Shown here one piece after another: positions 1 to 9,309 of a stretch of 64,000 nucleotides of DNA (positions are counted from its first letter, which is position 1; the number at the start of each line of letters is the position of its first letter). Where the stretch lies: the IMG/VR virus record IMGVR_UViG_3300035682_000005; one strand, 5' to 3'. The notes beneath the pieces are model-generated. The model had not been told where the DNA came from. It ran no database searches and saw nothing but the letters and a program-made list of their open reading frames with translations. Source of the stretch: a virus. The translations under genes and the position numbers were made by a program.

Positions 1-2
1 TG

Positions 3-404
3 TACTGGACTAATCTTGGTGCTGGTAAACGAATCAACATTGATGGAAGAGATATACCAAACATTCCATACTCAAGTTTGACTGGTAAGCCGACCCTATT
101 CAGTGGTTCGTATGACGATCTTACTAACAAGCCATCTTTGTTTGATGGTGCGTACGCAAGCTTGTCTGGCAAACCAACAATATACACACCAGTTAAAGAA
201 GTTCCTTCTGGTAGTGTTAATGGCACAAACGTAACATTTACAATATCAAATGCGCCTGCTGTAGCTGGTACTGAGCAAGTGTTCTTGAACGGATTGTTAC
301 AGTTTTCTGGTGCTGGTGACGACTACACAATTTCGGGTGGTACTATTACATTCAACACCGCACCTGATGCTGGTTGGAAACTTGTTGTATATTATTTCGT
401 TTAA
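3..404 (+). CDS. Tail fibre/virion appendage protein, C-terminal part (truncated by window start)
   Basis: Frame is open from base 3 (YWTNLGAG...). It has the SGSYDDLTNKP repeat shared with the neighbouring fibres and a C-terminal beta module EQVFLNGLLQ..DYTISG. Confidence 0.6.
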   Translation, partial: YWTNLGAGKRINIDGRDIPNIPYSSLTGKPTLFSGSYDDLTNKPSLFDGAYASLSGKPTIYTPVKEVPSGSVNGTNVTFTISNAPAVAGTEQVFLNGLLQFSGAGDDYTISGGTITFNTAPDAGWKLVVYYFV

Positions 405-442
405 TAAATAGTTTAAGATTTTAGGTAAATAGGATAACTATC

Positions 443-2740
443 ATGTCAAAGACAGAAGTTTCAGGAAAACAATTAAAAGACGGCTCGGTTGAACTTGTAG
501 ACTTAGCACCAGAAGTGTCTGGTGTTCTCGACACTCTCCAGAGCGATGTTGCAACTCTTCAAACAGACGTTGCTGCAAAAGCTGACGCAGGAAATCTTGC
601 ATCAGTAGCAACAAGTGGTTCATATAACGATCTATCAGATAAGCCATCAATACCTAGTGTTGTTGGTCTTGCAAGTGAGACATACGTTGATACTGCCGTA
701 GCTGGTAAAGCTGATAGCGCATCTCTTGCATCAGTAGCAACAAGTGGTTCGTATACTGATCTTACCAATAAACCTTCACTCTTTAGTGGAGATTATGGCG
801 ATCTTGCAAACAAGCCAACCATACCTAGTGTTGTTGGTCTTGCAAGTGAGACATACGTTGATACTGCTGTAGCTGGTGTTGTTAATAGCGCGCCTGCTGT
901 ATTAGATACACTCAATGAACTTTCGGCTGCGTTGGGCAATGACGAAAATTTTGCTACAACTGTTGCTGGACAAATTGGTGATGTTGCATCTGATGTATCA
1001 GGTCTTGATACGCGAGTAACAGCACTAGAAGGCGATATCGGCACATTACAAAGTGCTTCTGCACCAAATCTTTCCGATTTGGGTGAAGTTGCTATTACCA
1101 CACCATCGTCTGGACAAGTTCTCAAGTATGATGGTCTTGGTTGGGTAAATGCTGCTGATAGTACATTCAGTGGAGTGTATGCAGACCTTACTAGCAAGCC
1201 AACACTGTTTGATGGAGCTTATGCCAGTTTGACTGGAGCGCCAACTCTTGCAACTGTAGCAACAAGTGGATCGTATAATGATCTGACTAACAAACCTGCT
1301 GCTGGTGCATCAGATCTTGATGGTCTTAGCGACGTTGTTATTACATCTGCTGCTAAGGGCCATTTCATTGCACATAACGGTACAAACTTTGTTAATACAA
1401 GAACTATAGAAGCCAATGTTGCGGCAACCACACCATTAAGTCTTAAAGGTGCTGCATCTCAAAGTGCTCCAATCTTTGAAGTTCTTAACAGTGCTGGTAC
1501 TCAGACAATGCGCATAGCCCAAGATGGTAAAATGCGAATATTGCAACCTACTGGTGCAAGCGGCACATATATTAACGTTTCTAATCAGTGGGATGAATCC
1601 ATTTTCTCTGTATCCAACGACTCTACGGGTGGTTGGATCTCGATTGGCACTCAAATATATTTTACATCAACATTTGGATTTAACAAAACTCACCGATGTT
1701 TTGGTATTGTGCCAAGCCAGGAAAGATTATTCTTTACAGAATCTCTCGACAACGGTGCTGGTAAATACACGCTTGCAATAGACAGAGATACTGGAAAGTC
1801 TTGCTGGGCTTTTAGTGTGGGTGGAACTGGACACGGTTTCAACTTTGTTACAGCCAACGGTTCCGCTGGAGTTGGAATTGATTTAACAGCAGCACCTGCG
1901 GCCAAATTTCAAGTAAACTCTACTGCCGCTGCTCGCAAAGGTGTGATTGTTAAGGGTGCTGCATCGCAAACAGCAAACTTGTTTGAAGCACAAAACAGTG
2001 CGGGCACATCTCTTGTTGCGATAGATTCTTCAGGTAAAATTGGAGTAGCAACAACTCCTATTATGATGCTTGATGTTCAAAGTGCTGGAGAGTTCACCGT
2101 AGGTGGTGGAAACTTTAAAGCAGTTGCTCAGTTTCAAAAATCAACAGGCAACAGACCGGGCGTCATCTGCGGGTATGATAACTCAGGAAATGGAGCTGCT
2201 ATAATTGGAGCTGCTGCAAATACCATTGGAACACCCATTACATTCTGGACATACAACAATACAGCATGGGGTGAGAGAGTAAGAATTGCTGAAAGTGGAT
2301 ATCTTGGTGTTAATACAACAAGTCCTACAGCACACCTTGACGTTGCAGGAAATTGTCATGCTAAACGATATACCGAAACTGTTGCTAATGCGTTCAACAC
2401 ATCACTTGCTCCATCAACTGGAACATTGACTGTTGATACCTCGTTAGGAAACGCTGTACTTGGTGCTCTTAGTGCTGCTGTAACAACTTGGGCGTTCACA
2501 AACGTACCTACAGACAATAGCAAAGTTACTACTGTAACTGCTGTTCTTGCAGGTAACGCATCATACACTTACGGAGATGCTTGTTCTGTGAACGGATCTG
2601 CTGTCTCTGGTGGTATTATGTGGAGCGGAGGTTCTGCGCCAACTGCAACTGCTGGTACAGACATCATTACATTTGTCATAGTTAAAGACAGTGCTGGCAC
2701 AGTTAAGGTGTTTGGTTCTGCAACAACCAACTTTAGCTAA
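443..2740 (+). CDS. Tail fibre-like protein
   Basis: Repeated ATSGSYxDLxNKP motifs, the fibre motif APAVLDTLNELSAALGNDENFATT and G/S/T-rich beta repeats (GVNTTSPTAHLDV). Late-type AATAAATA and RBS AGGA upstream. Confidence 0.75.
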   Translation: MSKTEVSGKQLKDGSVELVDLAPEVSGVLDTLQSDVATLQTDVAAKADAGNLASVATSGSYNDLSDKPSIPSVVGLASETYVDTAVAGKADSASLASVATSGSYTDLTNKPSLFSGDYGDLANKPTIPSVVGLASETYVDTAVAGVVNSAPAVLDTLNELSAALGNDENFATTVAGQIGDVASDVSGLDTRVTALEGDIGTLQSASAPNLSDLGEVAITTPSSGQVLKYDGLGWVNAADSTFSGVYADLTSKPTLFDGAYASLTGAPTLATVATSGSYNDLTNKPAAGASDLDGLSDVVITSAAKGHFIAHNGTNFVNTRTIEANVAATTPLSLKGAASQSAPIFEVLNSAGTQTMRIAQDGKMRILQPTGASGTYINVSNQWDESIFSVSNDSTGGWISIGTQIYFTSTFGFNKTHRCFGIVPSQERLFFTESLDNGAGKYTLAIDRDTGKSCWAFSVGGTGHGFNFVTANGSAGVGIDLTAAPAAKFQVNSTAAARKGVIVKGAASQTANLFEAQNSAGTSLVAIDSSGKIGVATTPIMMLDVQSAGEFTVGGGNFKAVAQFQKSTGNRPGVICGYDNSGNGAAIIGAAANTIGTPITFWTYNNTAWGERVRIAESGYLGVNTTSPTAHLDVAGNCHAKRYTETVANAFNTSLAPSTGTLTVDTSLGNAVLGALSAAVTTWAFTNVPTDNSKVTTVTAVLAGNASYTYGDACSVNGSAVSGGIMWSGGSAPTATAGTDIITFVIVKDSAGTVKVFGSATTNFS
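650..867 (+). repeat. 47-bp exact direct repeat (650-696 and 821-867) inside the fibre gene
   Basis: atacctagtgttgttggtcttgcaagtgagacatacgttgatactgc occurs twice. Confidence 0.9.
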
Positions 2741-2752
2741 AAATGTTTAAAG

Positions 2753-2782
2753 GAGGTGTGATGTAATGTCACACCTCTTTTT
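2753..2782 (+). terminator. Rho-independent terminator
   Basis: gaggtgtga-7nt-tcacacctc followed by TTTTT. Confidence 0.75.
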
Positions 2783-2797
2783 ATAAAGGAAACAAAT

Positions 2798-3556
2798 ATG
2801 CCATTTTCATTTGGGTTCGGTAAAGGAACTGCCGCACTTGGTTCAAATAAATTCTGGAGCCCTAAACATTTATCACTTTCTGTTTGGTTAGATGCTCAAG
2901 ATGTTGCGAGTGTTGTTTTGACGAGTGGTGTAGTAAGTCAATGGAACGATAAAAGTGGTAACAATAGACACGCAGTACAAAACACCGCAGCAAATCGCCC
3001 CACACACAACACATCAACGGTAAAATCAAGTCATATAGTTTTTGATGGCGCTAATGATTCACTAAACATTGCAAGTTGGGGAAATGTTAATCAACCATTT
3101 ACTCGTGTTATGGTTTTTAATCCAGTTGCGGTAACGCAATATCGCTGGTTGATGCAAAGTTATCCTCCAGGTGCAGGAACTGATCAAGGGGATGCATTTT
3201 ATACAACAACAGGAATTAGAACACTTGCTGGTGCTCATGGGGCTGATGTTCCGTGTGTGCAAAATACATCTTACATAAGAATTGCTCAAGTAAATGGAAG
3301 CTCTTCTAATGTTTATACTGACGGCACCGCTATTGGAACTCACAATGTTGGGGCTAACGTGCAAAATGGTTTAGCTATAGGTTGGGATGGTTCTTCGACT
3401 TCGGCGTGTTCTAATGTAAAATTTTTTGAAATTTTAATAATTCCAGGCATTTTGTCGGATTCGGATAGACAAAAATTGGAAGGATACCTTGCGTGGAAAT
3501 GGGACTTACAAAGCTCCTTGCCAGCGGGTCATCCATACAAATTAGACAGACCATAA
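2798..3556 (+). CDS. Concanavalin/LamG-like beta-sandwich virion protein
   Basis: WLDAQD..VSQWNDKSGNNRHA and a C-terminal RQKLEGYLAWKW signature; located in the fibre cluster. Confidence 0.6.
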   Translation: MPFSFGFGKGTAALGSNKFWSPKHLSLSVWLDAQDVASVVLTSGVVSQWNDKSGNNRHAVQNTAANRPTHNTSTVKSSHIVFDGANDSLNIASWGNVNQPFTRVMVFNPVAVTQYRWLMQSYPPGAGTDQGDAFYTTTGIRTLAGAHGADVPCVQNTSYIRIAQVNGSSSNVYTDGTAIGTHNVGANVQNGLAIGWDGSSTSACSNVKFFEILIIPGILSDSDRQKLEGYLAWKWDLQSSLPAGHPYKLDRP

Positions 3557-3573
3557 ACCCAAAGCTATAACAC

Positions 3574-4056
3574 ATGAAACACCATCTGTACGACATACTA
3601 AAAGATTACACACAGTCTGTCACAGATGGTTTTTCATTTGGTGGCATACTAAAAAGTGTGTTGCTTCTTGTTGCAGCATTTTTAGCACCTATAGCTACCG
3701 TTATCTTTGCTGTGATGTTCTTGATATTTGTGGATCTTATCACCGGCATTTTGGCATCTCTGAAAGAAAAGAGTCGCATTACAAGCTCTGCGATGTCGAG
3801 AACCATAGCAAAAACATTTGTTTACTGTACAACCATAATAGTAACATACGTTGTGCATAAATACTTACTGGTAGGCTTCGACTTCCCAGTAGAAAGTATT
3901 GTGAGTGGTTTCATAGCTCTTACAGAGATGAAATCAATTTTGGAAAACATGGACAGAATTAGTAATCATTCTGTTCTTAAAGATTTAATACTAATATTTT
4001 CTAACGAGAGGGAGAGACGGCTGCCACCTAAACCAGTCAAGAAAGACAAAAAGTAG
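3574..4056 (+). CDS. Phage holin-family membrane protein
   Basis: Several hydrophobic segments, DLITG and ExxSILEN motifs, basic C-terminus. Confidence 0.65.
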   Translation: MKHHLYDILKDYTQSVTDGFSFGGILKSVLLLVAAFLAPIATVIFAVMFLIFVDLITGILASLKEKSRITSSAMSRTIAKTFVYCTTIIVTYVVHKYLLVGFDFPVESIVSGFIALTEMKSILENMDRISNHSVLKDLILIFSNERERRLPPKPVKKDKK

Positions 4057-4065
4057 GCATGGCGT

Positions 4066-5796
4066 ATGGCTCTCATCACAAGCACAATTCAAAATGTTGA
4101 CGTTGCAAAACTCAAACATGAAATTGAAAGTGCTGGCAACTACAAAGTACAAAGCATCACAGTAACGTCTACAGGAGTAGACGTTGTTGTTTTAACACCA
4201 ACTGGCGCCGAGCTTTCTGAAAGCGAGGTAACTACTCTCAAGACCAGTGTTATTGATGCACACCAAAGTCAACAAAGAAGACGAATACTCGTTACAGATG
4301 CACCAGTAAATGTTGATGAGGCAGGCAACCTTGGCTCAATCAATACTGTTGTAGACCAACGAATTTCTGAAATTGTTGATGGTGCGCCAGGGGTTCTCGA
4401 CACACTCAACGAATTATCACAAGCGTTGGGTGGTGATCCAAATTTTGCAACTACGATTACAACTCAGATTGGAGATATTTCAGACACAACAAGTGCGATT
4501 GATATTCGTGTACAAGCCGTTGAGTCTGATGTTGCGACAGTATTATCGTCTATTCAACAAGAAAGTGTTGATAGAGTTGCTGGTGACTTAGACACATTGA
4601 CAACTGCACAGTCATACACAAACACACAAGTTGATGCGTTAGAAAACACACTAGCTACTGTAGCAACAACTGGTTCGTATAACGACCTTACTAACAAGCC
4701 GACAATTTCTACAGCAGGTGCTAGTGGATCGTACACAGATCTCACAAACAAGCCAACAATACCATCGACAATCAATGAGCTATCTGATGTTGCAGTTTTT
4801 ACTCCAGAAACAAATCAACTTTTAAAATTTAACGGCACACAATGGGTCAATGCACAGAGTTACTTTGGCACTGGTTCGTATAATGACCTTAACGACAAGC
4901 CATCACTTGATACTGTAGCAACGACTGGCTCTTATAATGATCTAAATGACAAGCCATCACTTGCTACTGTAGCAACAACTGGTTCATATAACGACCTCAC
5001 CAATCAACCAACATTACCTTCAGCAATACCTACAGGCATGATTGCTCCATTTGCCGGGGCTGCTGCGCCTGCCGGCTGGTTGATGTGTAATGACCTGCCA
5101 CACTCGCGAGAAACATATGGCGCACTATTTGCAACTATTGGCGTTTCATATGGTTCTGGTGATGGTTCAACAACATTCAATGTTCCTGATTTAAGGCGGC
5201 GTTTTCCTGTTGGTGCTGGAGCTAGTGATACGCTTGGATATACAGAAAGCAACAATAATGTAGGACTTGCATATGCATCACGAAGTTTATCACACAGCCA
5301 TACGATAAGTCATACACACACAATTCAAGAACACACACACACAGTACCAAGCCATCAACATGCTATAGGCAGCCATACTCATACCGTCAATAGTCATAGT
5401 CATACAGTTAATAACCATAGTCATAGTGCTAATACATTGAGAGCTTGTATTGGAGTTGACCTTGGTAGCGCAACTTCTGGTATTAGTTTAGGGCAGGACG
5501 GGAATATTAAATGGTACTCACAGTATCGATGGACGGCATCGGGGGTCAGCATAAACGATCCATCATCAATGCAAAATTCAACTATAGTATTTGGAAATAC
5601 TAGCTGGGAAACGCCTGGCACAAGTTTAGAAACCCCAGGCACCACAGGCCCGTCGGCGGGAAGTGTTACTGGGGGCCTCACTGCGTTTACAACAAACTTG
5701 GGGGAGGGGGGAGTCTCTACCAACACACAATCTACTACTAGTTCTGGCACACAGACTCCGCCACATGTAATTGTCAACTACATCATTAAAACATAA
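4066..5796 (+). CDS. Tail fibre with tail-collar domain and HxH metal-binding tip
   Basis: Collar motif PTGMIAPFAG..GWLMCN..LFATIG..GDGSTTFNVPDLR, seven HxH motifs and a C-terminal VNYIIKT. Confidence 0.8.
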   Translation: MALITSTIQNVDVAKLKHEIESAGNYKVQSITVTSTGVDVVVLTPTGAELSESEVTTLKTSVIDAHQSQQRRRILVTDAPVNVDEAGNLGSINTVVDQRISEIVDGAPGVLDTLNELSQALGGDPNFATTITTQIGDISDTTSAIDIRVQAVESDVATVLSSIQQESVDRVAGDLDTLTTAQSYTNTQVDALENTLATVATTGSYNDLTNKPTISTAGASGSYTDLTNKPTIPSTINELSDVAVFTPETNQLLKFNGTQWVNAQSYFGTGSYNDLNDKPSLDTVATTGSYNDLNDKPSLATVATTGSYNDLTNQPTLPSAIPTGMIAPFAGAAAPAGWLMCNDLPHSRETYGALFATIGVSYGSGDGSTTFNVPDLRRRFPVGAGASDTLGYTESNNNVGLAYASRSLSHSHTISHTHTIQEHTHTVPSHQHAIGSHTHTVNSHSHTVNNHSHSANTLRACIGVDLGSATSGISLGQDGNIKWYSQYRWTASGVSINDPSSMQNSTIVFGNTSWETPGTSLETPGTTGPSAGSVTGGLTAFTTNLGEGGVSTNTQSTTSSGTQTPPHVIVNYIIKT

Positions 5797-5807
5797 GAGA
5801 TGCAATT

Positions 5808-7040
5808 ATGCCGATAACACAATCATTCATCTGTAGAGAACGTGCTGTTAGAACAAATGCGACGGCATATACGATTGCAAACATTCCTAATCCTAATACT
5901 GAGCAAGTGTTTGCTAACGGTGTGCTTCAAAACTTTGGTGCAGACAACGACTACACATTGTCTGGGAAAAACATCACATTCAATAGAAACATTGAATCAG
6001 ATGAAGTTATTCTCGTCAATTATATCTTAGATGTTTTTGTTGCTCCGCCTGAAGATCCCACTATAACGGGAAAGGGTCTTGAAAGTAGAAAAAATCTTAT
6101 ACACTGGTGCTTGCGCAAACTTGGAGCACCCGTAATTGATATCAACATTGATGAAGACCAAATTGAAGATCGCATTGATGAGGCTCTCTTATACTTCAGA
6201 GACTACCATTTTGATGGTGTTGAGCGTGTGTATCTTCGTCATCAAGTCACTGCATCTACTCTTAAACTAGACACACCATTTACTAACGAGATGCAGAAAG
6301 GCGCAACAATTATTGGTCAAACATCTGGTGCAGCTGGATATGTGTATGACAAGTATGTTGATGGCACAACAATTCGTTTTAAACATTTAACTACAGCACG
6401 TTTTGTTAAAGGTGAAACTGTATCAATTGATAGCACATCAAATACATTTCAGATACAAAACTCAGACGCTGCTGTTACACTTGGTGACGTTGATAATCAC
6501 TACATTACACTTAGTCAAAAGGTGTTAAGTGTTACGAACATTATTCCACAAGAATCGTCATCCATTGGTGGTAATCTTGGTGGCATGTTTGACTTTCAAT
6601 ACCAGTTTGCATTGAACAACATGTTTAATCTTGCTTCGACAGATCTTGTTACCTATGACATATACAAACAATACACTGCACAGTGGGAGTTTATGTTTAG
6701 AGGGGCAAAAGGAATCAGATTCAATAGAAAAACTGATAGAATTGAGCTAGACGTTAAAGACTGGATCGTAGGTCAATGGATTGTTCTTGAGTGTTGGTCT
6801 GCACTTGAGCCATCAGTATTCACTGAAATCTACACAGACGAGTTTGTTCGTGAGTATGCATACAGTCTGATCAAACAACAGTGGGGAGCAAACTTAAAGA
6901 AGTTTTCTGGCATCTCATTACCTGGCGGCGTTCTTCTTAACGGTCAACAAATCTACGATGAAGCATCAGCTGAACTTGAAAAACTCAGAGAACGCGTTCG
7001 TAACGAATTTGAGTTGCCACCTGATTTTTTGATAGGATAA
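5808..7040 (+). CDS. gp13: Neck protein gp13 with an extra N-terminal domain
   Basis: CLRKLGAPVIDINID..QIEDRIDEAL..YHFDG and KQQWGANLKKF..LPGGVLLNG; synteny with gp14. Confidence 0.9.
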   Translation: MPITQSFICRERAVRTNATAYTIANIPNPNTEQVFANGVLQNFGADNDYTLSGKNITFNRNIESDEVILVNYILDVFVAPPEDPTITGKGLESRKNLIHWCLRKLGAPVIDINIDEDQIEDRIDEALLYFRDYHFDGVERVYLRHQVTASTLKLDTPFTNEMQKGATIIGQTSGAAGYVYDKYVDGTTIRFKHLTTARFVKGETVSIDSTSNTFQIQNSDAAVTLGDVDNHYITLSQKVLSVTNIIPQESSSIGGNLGGMFDFQYQFALNNMFNLASTDLVTYDIYKQYTAQWEFMFRGAKGIRFNRKTDRIELDVKDWIVGQWIVLECWSALEPSVFTEIYTDEFVREYAYSLIKQQWGANLKKFSGISLPGGVLLNGQQIYDEASAELEKLRERVRNEFELPPDFLIG

Positions 7041-7043
7041 TTT

Positions 7044-7901
7044 GTGGGCAGCAATAAGTATTTCAACCTCTATCATCAGAAACAAGAACAGAGTCTACTC
7101 AACGATTTAGTTGAAGAATCTGTTCGCATTCACTCCATTCAGGGCATTTACATTCCGCGCGAGTCTAGTGGTAACGTTGATCCATTGTTTCGTGAAGACA
7201 TTTTAAGCAAGTTCAATGACTATCACCACGTTGATCTCTACATCAAGAATGTAGAAGCATTTGACGGTGATGGGGACATGTTCAGAAAGTTTGGTCTTGA
7301 TATCAAAAACCAAATCACATTTTCAATCTCTCGTAAGAGTTTTGCAAAGATCTTTGGTAAAGAAATGTCTCGACCACGTGAGGGAGATCTCATTTACATA
7401 CCTTTGAGTATTGCAGATGCACTATATGAAATACGTTTTGTTCGTGAAGATAGTGTGTTCTTTAGCTTAGGTGAATTCTACATGTTTGACTTACAGTGCG
7501 AGCAAGCCGCATTTGAAGATGAAAACCTTAAAACTGGCATTGAAGAGATTGACACAATCGCAGATGAGTTATCTGAAATGTTCTTACTTAAACTTGATCC
7601 AACATCTGGCTCAGGCAGTTTTGAGTATGGTGAAATAATTTATCAGGGCAACTCACTTGAAACTGCTACTGCAAAAGGAACATTCATTTCAGTTCAATTA
7701 AATAACACCATCAAGATCAAAGATGTGTATCAAACATTTAAGGTAGAAGATGGTCCAATCAAAAGCACTAAGAGTGCCGCACAGTTTGAATTAGACATAA
7801 ACTTCGACACAACAGATATTGTTGATGACTTTGGAGCAAAAAACAAAGACTTCATTGTGATTGATTTTACAGAGAACAATCCATTCTCTGAAGAGGAGTA
7901 A
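7044..7901 (+). CDS. gp14: Neck protein gp14
   Basis: GTG start; YIPRE, KFGLDI, RPREGDLIY, DFTENNPF. Confidence 0.9.
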   Translation: MGSNKYFNLYHQKQEQSLLNDLVEESVRIHSIQGIYIPRESSGNVDPLFREDILSKFNDYHHVDLYIKNVEAFDGDGDMFRKFGLDIKNQITFSISRKSFAKIFGKEMSRPREGDLIYIPLSIADALYEIRFVREDSVFFSLGEFYMFDLQCEQAAFEDENLKTGIEEIDTIADELSEMFLLKLDPTSGSGSFEYGEIIYQGNSLETATAKGTFISVQLNNTIKIKDVYQTFKVEDGPIKSTKSAAQFELDINFDTTDIVDDFGAKNKDFIVIDFTENNPFSEEE

Positions 7902-7903
7902 TC

Positions 7904-8734
7904 ATGTTTCAGTCGCCATTCTATCACTTTACAATGCGCAAAGTAGTGGCCAGTTTTGGCTCGATCTTTTCAAATATCTTTATCGTAAAGAGAGACAAAG
8001 ACGGAAAAGAAGTTGAGCGTTTGAAAATTCCTCTTGCGTACGGACCAGCTGAACGATACATCGTTCGTGGTCAAGAAGATCCTGAACTTAGTAGAAACTA
8101 TGCAATCAAGTTGCCGCGAATGAGTTTTGAGATCAAAGCACTTGAGTATGACTCGCAGCGAAAACTCAACACACTTCGTAAGAATGTGCAAGCGTTACCT
8201 GATGATCCTGCAACTGTTATCAGACAGTATCAAGGTGTGCCATATAAAATGACTGTTGAGTTGTCAATTATTAGCAAGTTCATAGACGATTCAAATCAGA
8301 TTATCGAACAAATTTTACCGTGGTTCACGCCAGCATATACAGTGACAATTCGTAGCATACCTGGCATGAACTTTCTTGATGACGTAGCAATCACACTCAA
8401 TGGATTGAACTTACAAGACAACTACGAAGATGACTGGACAAATCGTCGTGATGTTATTTGGACACTTTCATTTGACTTAAAAGTAATGTTCTACGGACCC
8501 ATTAAGCAAGCGCCTGTCATTCAACGTGCAATACAAGACATCTACGCAGCTAACGGTAGCTTAGACGACGCACAGAATCTTTTAAAACAATCGAGAGCAA
8601 TACGCACAACGCTTACGCCAAAGCCAGACGATATTACCTATAACGAAGAGTTTGGATATACAGAAGTTACAGAATCTTTCACTGATGGGAAACGACTAAA
8701 TCCTATTACTGGTGAGGACGAGCCTATCGAATAG
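7904..8734 (+). CDS. gp15: Tail sheath stabiliser/terminator gp15
   Basis: FYH..RKVVASFGSIF, IPLAYGP, LPRMSFE, QIIEQILPWF. Confidence 0.92.
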   Translation: MFQSPFYHFTMRKVVASFGSIFSNIFIVKRDKDGKEVERLKIPLAYGPAERYIVRGQEDPELSRNYAIKLPRMSFEIKALEYDSQRKLNTLRKNVQALPDDPATVIRQYQGVPYKMTVELSIISKFIDDSNQIIEQILPWFTPAYTVTIRSIPGMNFLDDVAITLNGLNLQDNYEDDWTNRRDVIWTLSFDLKVMFYGPIKQAPVIQRAIQDIYAANGSLDDAQNLLKQSRAIRTTLTPKPDDITYNEEFGYTEVTESFTDGKRLNPITGEDEPIE

Positions 8735-8760
8735 TGTAGACATGAGTGTTTGTGTGAATT

Positions 8761-9309
8761 ATGAGTAATGAAAAAGATATTATAACCAAATATGATGTAG
8801 AGCAAGAATCGTTCGTTGCAACTGAAGATGATCTCAAATCATTAGTGCAGCATTCAATACCCACTACGATCACAGTGCCAGTTGGAGCAAAAGTTCAACA
8901 TACGCCAGAGCCACCTCCTGCTGAGTTGCCAGTGCAGTTTGAAAAGAAAGATCTTGTAGAAGCTCCGTCTACAGAGAACGATCTCAACACTGACTATCAG
9001 TACATTCGTACAAATCTCTACACAATTACAGAGCGTTCAATTGATGCTCTCAACAATCTTGTGCAGATAGCAGATCAGAGCCAGCATCCACGAGCGTATG
9101 AAGTGGTCTCACAACTTGTCAATACGATAGCAAGCGCACAGAAAGACTTGATAGGCATTCACACATCTCGCGCAAAGATTGATGCTCTCAAGAATAAGGG
9201 TAGGTCACCTGACGTAGTGAATAATAACTTGTTTGTTGGCAACACTGCACAGCTTGACGACATTATTAAAAACATGAACAAAAAGCCACACGATGACAAC
9301 GACGAGTGA
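8761..9309 (+). CDS. gp16: Terminase small subunit gp16
   Basis: DYQYIRTNL, HPRAYEV, NNNLFVG; directly upstream of gp17. Confidence 0.88.
   Translation: MSNEKDIITKYDVEQESFVATEDDLKSLVQHSIPTTITVPVGAKVQHTPEPPPAELPVQFEKKDLVEAPSTENDLNTDYQYIRTNLYTITERSIDALNNLVQIADQSQHPRAYEVVSQLVNTIASAQKDLIGIHTSRAKIDALKNKGRSPDVVNNNLFVGNTAQLDDIIKNMNKKPHDDNDE

Noticed and set aside
443-5796. Diversity-generating retroelement acting on the fibre genes
   Set aside because: There is no reverse transcriptase in the window and no template/variable repeat pair differing only at adenines was seen.
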